The notes under the pieces: model-generated
Told to the model about the DNA's origin: nothing
Database searches by the model: none
What the model saw: only the letters and a program-made list of their open reading frames with translations
Source of the DNA: Elusimicrobiota bacterium
GTDB lineage: Bacteria; Elusimicrobiota; Elusimicrobia; UBA1565
DNA: 34,266 nt
Direction: 5' to 3'
NCBI GenBank assembly: GCA_043819795.1
Contig: JBDREN010000214.1
Location: 1 to 34,266, forward strand
Position numbers and translations under genes: made by a program
Shown here: positions 1 to 9,454 of the stretch, one piece after another
Numbering within the stretch: position 1 is the stretch's first letter
How the letters are laid out: every line of letters begins with the position of its first letter

Positions 1-59
1 GGGGGTTGGTTTTACGGGCCTGGTTTTTCTTGATATTTCGGGGTCCGTTAAACGCGCGC

Positions 60-105
60 AAAAAAAAGAGGGGCGGGGGGGGGCTTCAGCCGCCCCCGGC
101 CCCTT
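60..105 (-). terminator. Rho-independent terminator after yggU
   Basis: G/C-rich imperfect hairpin (70-103, 4-nt loop at 85-88) followed on the minus strand by U8 (A-tract 60-67), about 17 nt after the yggU stop. Confidence 0.65.
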
Positions 106-121
106 CCCAGGATCGTCGGGG

Positions 122-385
122 TCAGGGAATCGCCTCCATCACCCGTTTGAGGTCCTCTTCGGTCTTTCCGGTTATCTCGACAGTCTTTTCGCGGCCCTTC
201 GCGCCGCGGATGATGTTGATCGACCGAGGCCTTACCTCGAAGAACTCGGCCAGATACCCTCGGAGGGCTTCGTTCGCTTTCTCGTTGACCGATGCTTCGG
301 TCACTTTGACACGCAACACGCTCCCGATACGGCTGACGACTTCGTTCTCAGGGGCGCTGGGGATGACGCGGACTTTGACGATCAT
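122..385 (-). CDS. yggU: DUF167/UPF0235 (YggU) family protein
   Basis: 87 aa; VKVRVIPSA, LRVKVT..EKANEAL..LAEFF, IIRGAKGREKTVEI match the family pattern; GGGAG RBS; lies next to yggS as is typical. Confidence 0.88.
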   Translation of the reverse strand: MIVKVRVIPSAPENEVVSRIGSVLRVKVTEASVNEKANEALRGYLAEFFEVRPRSINIIRGAKGREKTVEITGKTEEDLKRVMEAIP

Positions 386-453
386 TGTCTCCTCCCTAGT
401 TTGCAGAGGCGCTGTCTGCGGTAAATCGCTCCGGAACGTCTTTCATCATCTGC

Positions 454-1179
454 TCATCCGGCGAAGAGTGACGTGCCGATGCGGACAAGGTTAGCGCCTT
501 CCTCGACCGCGATCTCGAAATCCCGGCTCATTCCAAGCGAGAGATAAGGTCCCTCTCCCTCGCCGTCGTCTCCGCGCGGAAAAAATCGTTCGAACAGCTC
601 TCGCAGCTTGCGGAAGTGGGGCCGGACCGACTCGATGGGCTCGAGGAACGGTGCGATGCCCATCAGCCCTCGGATCCGGAGCCTCGATAAGGGCCGCAAA
701 CGCCGCAGAAAGGCCTCGAGTTCGCCGGGAGCGACGCCGGACTGGGTCTCTTTGCCGGTCAGCTTGACCTGCACCAGGACCCGCTGTCTCTTTTCGTCCT
801 TGTCGAGCCGAAGCCGTTTGTCCAGGGCCTCGGCCAACCGCAGGGAGTCGACGGAGTCGATCCAGTCGTACATCTCGAGAGCCGGCGCCACCTTGTTCGT
901 CTGCAGGTGGCCGATGAACCGCCAACCGACCCGGGCGGCTTCCGGTCCGAGCGCCTCTCGGCGCCGGCGTCCGTCCTGGACGCGGTTTTCGCCGAACCAG
1001 CGGACCCCCCCCTTCTCGATCAGGGTCCGGACCGCCGCGATGGGCGCGTGTTTGGTGACGGCGACGAGCTCGATCGTCTTGGGCGCGCGGCCCGCTCGAC
1101 GGGCGGCGGCCCCGATGCGACGCTGGATTCCCGTCAGATTGTCAAGGAGCGTATTTGAAGAAACTTCGCCTTCGATCAA
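454..1179 (-). CDS. yggS: Pyridoxal phosphate homeostasis protein (YggS/PLPBP family)
   Basis: Motifs LVAVTK (PLP lysine), FGENRVQ, FIGHLQTNK, GLMGI, LSLGMSRDF, VRIGTSLF. The TTG start is uncertain. Confidence 0.93.
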   Translation of the reverse strand: MIEGEVSSNTLLDNLTGIQRRIGAAARRAGRAPKTIELVAVTKHAPIAAVRTLIEKGGVRWFGENRVQDGRRRREALGPEAARVGWRFIGHLQTNKVAPALEMYDWIDSVDSLRLAEALDKRLRLDKDEKRQRVLVQVKLTGKETQSGVAPGELEAFLRRLRPLSRLRIRGLMGIAPFLEPIESVRPHFRKLRELFERFFPRGDDGEGEGPYLSLGMSRDFEIAVEEGANLVRIGTSLFAG

Positions 1180-1331
1180 TGCATGGACATTATATCAAAT
1201 CCCCCCCCAAAAAGACAGCGCGGCAAATCCCCCTCATCCGCGAGATGGATCAGGACGGCGAATACGGGGCCTGGCAAAGGCCCCGGCGCCATTTTTCTGA
1301 CGGTTATTTCGGAGCAATTGCCGGGCGCACC

Positions 1332-1365
1332 AAAAGGAAGGCCCCTGGCTTGCGCCAGGGGCCTT
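1332..1365 (-). terminator. Rho-independent terminator of groESL
   Basis: Perfect 12-bp stem AAGGCCCCTGGC/GCCAGGGGCCTT with a GCAA tetraloop on the minus strand, followed by CCUUUU. Confidence 0.75.
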
Positions 1366-1393
1366 TGTGCGGCTGGTACGGGTGTTATAGGGC

Positions 1394-3019
<1,626 letters not shown>

Positions 3020-3065
3020 TCAGATTCCTCCTGACAGTTTCGTATGTATATCTTCCGGCAAGGCT

Positions 3066-3377
3066 TTACTTCAGAATGCCCAGGATGTCCTCCTGGTGCA
3101 TAATAAGGAAGTCCTCGTCGTCTATCTTGATCTCGGTCCCGGAGTACTTCCCGTAAAGGACCCTGTCCCCCGCCTTCACTTCCATGGGGAGGACCTTTCC
3201 GTCCTCGGTCGTCTTCCCTTTGCCGGCCGCGACGATCTTCCCTTCCTGGGGCTTCTCTTTCGCGGTGTCCGGGATGATGATGCCGCTCTTCTTCACTTCC
3301 TTCTGCTCGAGGGGCTGTACGAGAACCCGGTCTCCGAGGGGCTGTATCTTGACTTTGTAGAGAGTCGCTTCAGCCAT
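3066..3377 (-). CDS. groS: Co-chaperonin GroES (Cpn10)
   Basis: 103 aa; [10 protein letters not shown], mobile loop [33 protein letters not shown] at 3388-3392. Confidence 0.99.
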   Translation of the reverse strand: MAEATLYKVKIQPLGDRVLVQPLEQKEVKKSGIIIPDTAKEKPQEGKIVAAGKGKTTEDGKVLPMEVKAGDRVLYGKYSGTEIKIDDEDFLIMHQEDILGILK

Positions 3378-3422
3378 TGTTGTTCTACCTCCACGTGCGT
3401 TAGCATATTCGGCGAGTGCTCA

Positions 3423-3449
3423 TTGGCACTCTGATCCGTTGATTGCTAA
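3423..3449 (-). promoter_or_regulatory. CIRCE element (HrcA operator), proximal
   Basis: Minus strand reads TTAGCAATC-N9-GAGTGCCAA versus the consensus TTAGCACTC-N9-GAGTGCTAA (2 mismatches); it abuts the -10 box upstream of groES. Confidence 0.92.
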
Positions 3450-3478
3450 TTATAGCAACATATCCCCAAAGCTGTCAA
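3449..3478 (-). promoter_or_regulatory. sigma70-type promoter of groESL
   Basis: TTGACA (3478-3473)-N18-TATAAT (3454-3449), with an extended TGn before the -10. Confidence 0.88.
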
Positions 3479-3498
3479 TCGTCTATTGGGAGTGCTAA
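3472..3498 (-). promoter_or_regulatory. Second CIRCE element overlapping the -35 box
   Basis: TTAGCACTC (perfect left arm)-N9-GATTGACAG (degenerate right arm that contains the TTGACA -35). Confidence 0.7.
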
Positions 3499-3530
3499 TT
3501 TCGCCCCGGCGCCGCGGTGGGCGGGCGGTG

Positions 3531-4898
3531 TTAGTCTTTCTTTTCTTCCGGAGTGAGCGGCCGAGGGGGGGCGGGCGGCTCGAGAGGTTCTTCCCCGCGG
3601 TCTTTCGGTTTGAAAGAGGGCGGACGCGGGGAAAGATACCGGCTCATGAGGTCCGTCAATCGATTCACGGCGGTCCGCCAGGGAGCGGGAACCGGGACGT
3701 ATTCCTCCGCCGGCCGCGACTCGCCCGTGGGTCGCGGACTTACTTCCTCCGGGGCGGACATATGGTCTTCGGCGCGGCCGGACCCGGGACCCGTGGCCTC
3801 GCCGACCACCTCGGACTCCCTCTCCTCATGGACGGGACAGGGCTCCTCGGCTTGCCCGCGTCCGGCTTCAGGCGCCGGGGCCCCTCCGTCCACGGGCCGG
3901 TCGCCGGGGGTGGCCGGCTCCGGGGCTGTCTCTCGGGCAGGGACCGCCGGCGCTTCGATAGGATCGGCCGTTCGCGGCTCGGGCGGGCCGACGTCTTCGG
4001 CGGGCGGGCACATGCCTTCGTTCGAAGCGCCGGGAAGAGCCGCGGCCTCGTGGGCGGGCTCGGCCGCGGCGGCTTCTTCGCGCGGCGGCTCGGGCTCCGG
4101 AGTCTCGATAGTCGCCGGGAGGCCGGGGACTCCTCGGGCGATGCCGGCGACGCTCGCGGGCAGCATGTCTCCGAGCAGCTCCTCCAGCCGCCGGATCACG
4201 CCGAACGACTTCGCCAGGGTGAATTCCTTGTCGGCCAGCTCTTTGGTCAGGTCGTCGCAGACCCGGGTCTGACGCTCGAGGCCCCTGGAAACGCTCGCTT
4301 CGCCGCGATGGGTCTCCTCGAGCTCCCGCCTGAGCTCAACGATCAGGCCTTCGAGTTCGTCGATCTTCCGTTCGCGCTGGGCGGCGTCGGAGCGCATCCG
4401 GGTCAGGTTATCCTGGAGCTTCTTCTCCCTGTCCTGGAAGCCGGCGATGAGGTCGGCGCGTTCCTGCAGGTATGCGTTGCGCTCGCGCATGGCGAGCAGC
4501 TCGTTGTTCAGCTCCACGATCTGCCGCTGCAAAGACTGCGTAAGGGCGCGCTCGGCCCGGCGGTTCTCGAGCTCCTTCATGAGCTCGCTCACATGCCGGA
4601 AGAGCCGGTTGCTCGAGTCCGAGAGGATGTCGTTGGGGCCCTTCGCCATGCCGGGCTCCGCGGCCCCGGGCGCCTCGGCTTCCGGCGCTTCCGGGGGCAG
4701 CGGCCGCTCCGCCGCCACGCGGCGGCGCAGGGCATCGAGGATTTCCGGGAGCTGGCCCGCGTGCCGCCAGTGGCGCTCCTCGATCCCGCCGGCGGCCGGG
4801 CAGACCATCGATGTCTCGGTGAAGCCCGGGGTCGCCGCGAGCTCGTCGGGCTCGTAGCTGCCCGGGACCTCGCCGTTGATGTAGACCCAGTATCTCAC
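3531..4898 (-). CDS. Hypothetical protein: N-terminal GYF_2/DUF4339-like domain, coiled coil, Pro/Glu/Ala-rich disordered tail
   Basis: RYWVYINGEVPGSYEPDEL...SMVC...HWRHAGQLPEI resembles GYF_2; heptad-rich region at about aa 100-235; GTG start overlaps the upstream stop (GTGA). Confidence 0.7.
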   Translation of the reverse strand: MRYWVYINGEVPGSYEPDELAATPGFTETSMVCPAAGGIEERHWRHAGQLPEILDALRRRVAAERPLPPEAPEAEAPGAAEPGMAKGPNDILSDSSNRLFRHVSELMKELENRRAERALTQSLQRQIVELNNELLAMRERNAYLQERADLIAGFQDREKKLQDNLTRMRSDAAQRERKIDELEGLIVELRRELEETHRGEASVSRGLERQTRVCDDLTKELADKEFTLAKSFGVIRRLEELLGDMLPASVAGIARGVPGLPATIETPEPEPPREEAAAAEPAHEAAALPGASNEGMCPPAEDVGPPEPRTADPIEAPAVPARETAPEPATPGDRPVDGGAPAPEAGRGQAEEPCPVHEERESEVVGEATGPGSGRAEDHMSAPEEVSPRPTGESRPAEEYVPVPAPWRTAVNRLTDLMSRYLSPRPPSFKPKDRGEEPLEPPAPPRPLTPEEKKD

Positions 4899-5920
4899 GC
4901 AGCGGCCTCGTCCCCCGGCCGCAGACGGGAGAGCGAGTCGAGCAGGCCGCGCAGCTCACCCAAGCGCTCCTCGTTGGACTCCTGCATCTCGCGAAGCTTC
5001 ATCTCCAGGTAGCGGGTCGTCTCCCTAAGGCGCTCCTCCGCTTCCCGCTGGCGTTCGGCGAGCCGGGGCTCGATCTCCTTGTTGCGGCTGGCGAGGTCGT
5101 CCATCCTGCGGAGGCTCTCCGCCATCTCGCTCTGCACCGAATCGCGGCTGCGGACGAGGCGGTCCTGAAGAGAGGCGGCCTGCCGGCGCAGCTCTCCCAG
5201 GGAGCCCTGCAGGGCCGCGTCGCGGGTCGACTCGTCGGCGAGCGTCTTCTCGAGCTCCTCGATCCTGCGGACGAGATCCTTTTTCTCCCGCTCCAGGTTT
5301 CCTTTCTGGTCGTAGGCCGACTTGATCTCCGCTTCGAAGCTCTCCAGACGCGTCGCCTGCCGGGAATACTCCCTTTGCAGGAACTGTTTGTTTTCCGTCA
5401 TCGTCCGGATCTGCTCGTTAAAGTGCCGCGCCTGGTCCTCGAGCCGTTGGATCTGCGTCTCGTAGTCGTCCTGGGCGCGGGACATCTTGACCTGAAGATC
5501 GGCGATCTGCCGCTGCACGTCGCCCTCGTGTTCGCGCAGGTCCTTGTTCTCCCGCTCGATCCGCTCGATCCGCGATTGGAGGCGGCCGCGCTCCTCCGCG
5601 AGCTTGCGCAGCTGCTCGTCGAGGGTCTTGCGTCCGACCGTTCCGGGCGCGCTCCTGAGCTTCTCCAGCTCCCCCTTGAGCAGGCGGATCTCCTTGCGCG
5701 AGAGATCTAGCTCCTTGTTGATCTGCTCGGTCTCGAACGTAGGCTCGGGCTCGGCCTCGAGCTCCGTATGCTCTTTCTTCCACCAATCCTCGAAGTCCGC
5801 GACCTCCCGGTCGATCTGGTGCGGCCGGCCGGAGGGACCGGCCTTAACGTCCCGCATGGCCTTGTCCACGTCGCGATTGAAATCGTCGAGCCAGCCCTCG
5901 TAGGGGTCGGGTGTCTCCAT
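4895..5920 (-). CDS. Long coiled-coil cytoplasmic protein
   Basis: 341 aa from ATG 5920 (the ORF track starts at TTG 5935); E/K/R/L/Q-rich heptads over about 280 aa; no signal peptide or TM segment. Confidence 0.75.
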   Translation of the reverse strand: METPDPYEGWLDDFNRDVDKAMRDVKAGPSGRPHQIDREVADFEDWWKKEHTELEAEPEPTFETEQINKELDLSRKEIRLLKGELEKLRSAPGTVGRKTLDEQLRKLAEERGRLQSRIERIERENKDLREHEGDVQRQIADLQVKMSRAQDDYETQIQRLEDQARHFNEQIRTMTENKQFLQREYSRQATRLESFEAEIKSAYDQKGNLEREKKDLVRRIEELEKTLADESTRDAALQGSLGELRRQAASLQDRLVRSRDSVQSEMAESLRRMDDLASRNKEIEPRLAERQREAEERLRETTRYLEMKLREMQESNEERLGELRGLLDSLSRLRPGDEAAA

Positions 5921-5974
5921 AGGCCGATGGTCCAAGGGTAGGATAAGCAGATTGCTAAATTATTGCTGCAGAAA

Positions 5975-7036
5975 TCACCAACCGCGTTCCTCGATGAACC
6001 TCGATAAGCTGCGGTCATCGGGATTCAGCTCCAGGGCTTTGCGCAAGGACGTCCGAGCGCGGCGTTCGTTCCCGAGCGCGTATTGGGCGGAGCCCAGCTT
6101 GGTCCAGGCCCGGCTGTCGTCCGGAGCCAGAAGCAGGGCGCGGCGGCAGGCCTGGATGGCGGCCCCGAAGCGGCGGTCGAAAAACGCCTGGGAGGCCTGC
6201 CGCAGCTCGTGGTGCACGAGCGCGTGCAGCGGGAGGACGCCGTCCGGGTCCGCCTTGATCCCGGTCCGCTTCTCCAGGACCCGCAGCAGGGTCCGGCGCG
6301 CTCCGTTGCCCGGGTCCGCGCCCAGGGCCGCCTGGGCGTAGAGCACCGCCTTCATATTCTCTCCGGCGGCGAAGGACTCGATCGCGAGCCCGGCGTGCAG
6401 GGGCCCGTCGCCTCCCTCGTCGCTGTAGAGCTCGGGCGACGGGGCGTCGAGCTTGCCCAGCTCCGCCAGCAGACCGCTGCGGCGCGTGTTCACCTTCCTC
6501 AACGGCGCGTTTTCTTCGCGGTCCCGCTCCGCCTTCTTGAGGAGGGGAGCGGTTTTCGCCGCGGCCGGTTCGTTCGCGGGAGGGGCCGGCATCCCCCCCT
6601 CCGCGCCGGGCTCGCGCGTACGGGGCCGGGCGTCGGGCTCCAGGTCCGGGCGGTTTCCCATGGGCCGCGTCCGGACGTCGTCCCCGGCGTCGTTATCTGG
6701 GTCGGCCTTGGCTGCCTCGCCGTCGGCGGGCGGAGAGAGCTGCGCGGCGCCGGCGCCATCCAACGAGGTGAGGAACCAATCGGCCCAAGGAGCCATTCCC
6801 GGGCCGGGGCTTTCCGGAAAGACCACCGAGGGGCTCGCGGCGGCGCCGGACGCGGTACTGGGCCGCTGCCGTGGCTCGGTGCGCGTTTCGTCCCCGCTGC
6901 GCGGGGACGTCCCTTCTCGTGAGGATTCAGGGAGGGGTACGACTTCGCGTAAAGGCGCGGCCGTCAGGCAGCCGGAGAGAAGCGCGCAGGCCGTGGGCAG
7001 CAGGGCGGCCTTCGGGAAGCGGCGCGGGGCCCTCAA
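5975..7036 (-). CDS. Putative lipoprotein with C-terminal TPR repeats
   Basis: Basic N-terminus, hydrophobic stretch and lipobox LSG-C; Pro/Ala-rich linker; TPRs (AWTKLGSAQYALG...ALELNPDD); TTG start overlaps the upstream stop. Confidence 0.75.
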   Translation of the reverse strand: MRAPRRFPKAALLPTACALLSGCLTAAPLREVVPLPESSREGTSPRSGDETRTEPRQRPSTASGAAASPSVVFPESPGPGMAPWADWFLTSLDGAGAAQLSPPADGEAAKADPDNDAGDDVRTRPMGNRPDLEPDARPRTREPGAEGGMPAPPANEPAAAKTAPLLKKAERDREENAPLRKVNTRRSGLLAELGKLDAPSPELYSDEGGDGPLHAGLAIESFAAGENMKAVLYAQAALGADPGNGARRTLLRVLEKRTGIKADPDGVLPLHALVHHELRQASQAFFDRRFGAAIQACRRALLLAPDDSRAWTKLGSAQYALGNERRARTSLRKALELNPDDRSLSRFIEERGW

Positions 7037-8481
7037 GAAACCGCGCCCTCCGGGGGATGGACCGCGGGGGGGCCCATGGGATCGATGCGCTTCCAGCGGA
7101 CGAGGATCCGCGCGCGCGCGCGGTCCGCCTGCTCCAGCGAGTCCGGGACCAGATACTCCGCCTTCTCTCTCACCATGTTCCGAAGCACGGCCGGCAGAGC
7201 GCTCAGAATGGGGTTTCGGGCGTCGTCGGGGACATCGTAGAGGCTCAGAGCGATCTCATCGCAGGAGAACGGGCTCAGACAGCGCCGAAGCACGGCCGGA
7301 TCGGCGCCCGACAGGTCCGCCATCGTCGGAAGCTCTTTCTCGAGGGACCGGACCTGCCCCGGCGCTGAGGCCGCGAGATAATGGAGGACCTGCCCGCGCG
7401 TGCGCTCGGGGCAGCGCAGGAGGATCTCCGCCAGGAGCCCTTCCCCTTGCGCCACCGCGGCGAGGTGTCGGCTCAGCATCCTTCGGGCCGCCGGCGGGGG
7501 CGGCTGGCCGGCGGGCGTTTCGGGCGGGCTGAGCAGCAGGGCCTTGGCGATCGCGAGGCCGGCGGCGTCCGGCAGGCGGCGGAACACGGCCGCCGCCGTT
7601 TCGTGGTCCACGGACCGGAGGACCGCGACGGCCGTCCCCACGGTCTGTTCGCTCAGGAACTCGACGATGGATTCCGCGTGGCGGGGGGCGATGAATCCGA
7701 GGCTCTCGGGACGCGCGCGGGCGAGCGACCTGTGCGGCACCTGCGGGTCGGGCGCCCGGCGAGTCGCGCGCCGGCGCGTCAGCGGGAGGATCGCGAGCGC
7801 CAGGACGAGCAGCAGGGCGGCCGCGGCGGCGTACACCGAGGCGGTCAGGACCGCCTCCCGGATATCCGGTTTACGGAGAGCCTTTCTCCAGGTGCTCCCG
7901 ACCGGCGCCCGCGCCACTTGAAGCAGGTCCCCCCGGGCGGGGTCCAACCCGAGTGCCTCGGCGACCGCCGAGCTCGCGGGCTCGAGCTCTTCGCGCCCCA
8001 CGCTCGGATCGACCAGGAGGGTGACGGTCAAGACCTCACCCGCCGGGAATACCAGGGACGGCGCGGCCGCAGCCATGAGAGAGCGGACAGCCTCTTCTTG
8101 GAGGCTGCGGGGCGCGGGATATCCAGGAAGCACCGGCGGGGCGTTCTCGATGCGTTCGGCGATTTCGTCCCAGAGGGCGGCGGGCCGCGTCGCCGGCTCC
8201 GCGGCGATCTCCGGAGCCCGGCTTCGGGCGCGGACGAATGCCCGCGCCTTCCCCACACCCAGGATGTCGGCGAGCAGCACGTCGAGACGCGCCTCGAGGG
8301 AGCGCTCATGAGCTCCCAGGTCCGGGCGCGCGCGGGCCACGGTGCGCGCTTCATCCCCGCTCAGCGGGGACGCGCCCGCCTGTGAATATCCGGGGAGAGG
8401 CGCGGCTGAGCCGACAGGCTCGGCCGCCCAGAACGCGAGGAAGATCGCGGCAAGGATCGGCAAGGGCGCGTTGGTTTTCAC
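7033..8481 (-). CDS. Apparent FliF(ring-building motif)-TM-FliG(middle + C-terminal) fusion protein
   Basis: Signal/anchor; LEARLDVLLADILGVGKARAFVRA and VLTVTLLVD...AEALGLDPARGDLLQV match the two halves of the FliF C-terminal ring motif; TM helix; then FliG_M-like (IVEFLSEQ..TAVAVL..VD.ETAAAVFRRLP) and FliG_C-like (DL..ADPAVLRRCL....DEIALSL...P.SLEQADRARARI) segments. Confidence 0.72.
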   Translation of the reverse strand: MKTNAPLPILAAIFLAFWAAEPVGSAAPLPGYSQAGASPLSGDEARTVARARPDLGAHERSLEARLDVLLADILGVGKARAFVRARSRAPEIAAEPATRPAALWDEIAERIENAPPVLPGYPAPRSLQEEAVRSLMAAAAPSLVFPAGEVLTVTLLVDPSVGREELEPASSAVAEALGLDPARGDLLQVARAPVGSTWRKALRKPDIREAVLTASVYAAAAALLLVLALAILPLTRRRATRRAPDPQVPHRSLARARPESLGFIAPRHAESIVEFLSEQTVGTAVAVLRSVDHETAAAVFRRLPDAAGLAIAKALLLSPPETPAGQPPPPAARRMLSRHLAAVAQGEGLLAEILLRCPERTRGQVLHYLAASAPGQVRSLEKELPTMADLSGADPAVLRRCLSPFSCDEIALSLYDVPDDARNPILSALPAVLRNMVREKAEYLVPDSLEQADRARARILVRWKRIDPMGPPAVHPPEGAVS

Positions 8482-8533
8482 GATCGTCTCCCGGGGGCGT
8501 TTCCCCCAGCCACCGACGGGGGGCCCCTATTCC

Positions 8534-8562
8534 AGTATAGACCCGGGAACGCCGATTTTCAA
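8534..8562 (-). promoter_or_regulatory. sigma70-type promoter of the FliF-FliG-like operon
   Basis: TTGAAA (8562-8557)-N17-TATACT (8539-8534), about 52 nt upstream of the GTG at 8481. Confidence 0.65.
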
Positions 8563-8745
8563 TGGGACTTAAGTCAGCCCCCGTCGCGCGCAGCGCCGAC
8601 CAGCAGGGAGGCCGTGCCCCGCGCCGTATGAGATGTGCGTCGGAGAGAATGAAAAACGGGGCGACGGGGGGGCCAGGTTCAGCCTATCGGGTGGCGGCAT
8701 GGCCCGTCGCCCGCAGGTCAATGCCTGCGCGAGGATGTGGACGGT

Positions 8746-9288
8746 TTAGGTGGCCTCGGGGCTGGAGAAGGACTCGAGCTGCGCGCGGGAGCTCCAGGCC
8801 TCGCCCGCGTATTCCTCGCAGACGTATCCGAGGCCCGGAGCGTAGTAGCGGGTCGCGGAGCCGGCGTCTCCCTCGGCCATGAAGGTGTCGACGCGCAGGC
8901 AGCCGGAGTAGGCCCCGCAAGGCACATCGATCGCGGCATCGAGGGAGGCGATCACATGGCGGTCGGGAGCCTCCATCCAGGTGCTGCCCATCGCGGCCGG
9001 AAGCGGGAACTCCTTGCGGGCGAGGCCCAGCACCCCCCCCTCGCTGAAGACCTCATCGGGAGTCTTCCGGATCCCGTAGGAGAGGCTTTTGACGAGCCGG
9101 CCCTTCCGGGTGCGGGTCAGAGTGGCGCGCGCCCGCGTCTCCCGGCCGGAGGTCCGCACGCGATCGATGACGACCTCGACGGTCTCCACGCCTTCGAACT
9201 CGGTGCTGGTATGCCGGTACGTCCACTTCAGGCCGGGCCGCAGCGGGAAATAATCCGGGGCGAGTCGCGTCTTCGCGGTGTCGCTCAT
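8746..9288 (-). CDS. Hypothetical beta-rich protein (DUF3108/TapB-like motif pattern)
   Basis: 180 aa from ATG 9288; DYFPL.PG.KWTY at the N-terminus and VPCGAYSGCLRV...YYAPGLG.V at the C-terminus; no signal peptide. Confidence 0.65.
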   Translation of the reverse strand: MSDTAKTRLAPDYFPLRPGLKWTYRHTSTEFEGVETVEVVIDRVRTSGRETRARATLTRTRKGRLVKSLSYGIRKTPDEVFSEGGVLGLARKEFPLPAAMGSTWMEAPDRHVIASLDAAIDVPCGAYSGCLRVDTFMAEGDAGSATRYYAPGLGYVCEEYAGEAWSSRAQLESFSSPEAT

Positions 9289-9299
9289 CGGCCATATTG

Positions 9300-9308
9300 T
9301 GGTATAAT
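9300..9308 (+). promoter_or_regulatory. Extended -10 promoter element (TGnTATAAT) upstream of the subtilase
   Basis: TGGTATAAT in the divergent intergenic region; no clear -35. Confidence 0.5.
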
Positions 9309-9454
9309 GCGACCGGTCAAGAATATGGGACTTCCGACCTCGATCGCCGTGGGCCAATGGACGCTTGTCCGGCTGGTGCTTCCGGTTATCCTACGGATAG
9401 GACTTTAGGGCAATGAATCTAAACCCCTTCCCCCATTCCCGGTCAGGAGCCCCG

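Noticed and set aside
3486..5012. 508-aa plus-strand ORF and the many other long antisense or alternate-frame ORFs (e.g. 9995-11860, 22881-24386, 28695-30851, 32461-33942)
   Set aside because: Shadow ORFs expected at high GC; Arg/Gly/Pro-rich, no motifs, fully overlapping well-supported genes.
4895..5920. Possible SMC/Rad50 or Wadjet-type ATPase
   Set aside because: No Walker A/B or hinge motifs; only generic coiled coil.
5950..5958. GATTGCTAA, identical to a CIRCE arm at 3441-3449
   Set aside because: No partner arm at 9-nt spacing; a lone half-site in an AT-rich spacer is insufficient.
7033..8481. Calling this region a flagellar gene cluster, or assigning fliF/fliG symbols
   Set aside because: No other flagellar genes in 34 kb, and key functional motifs are degenerate.
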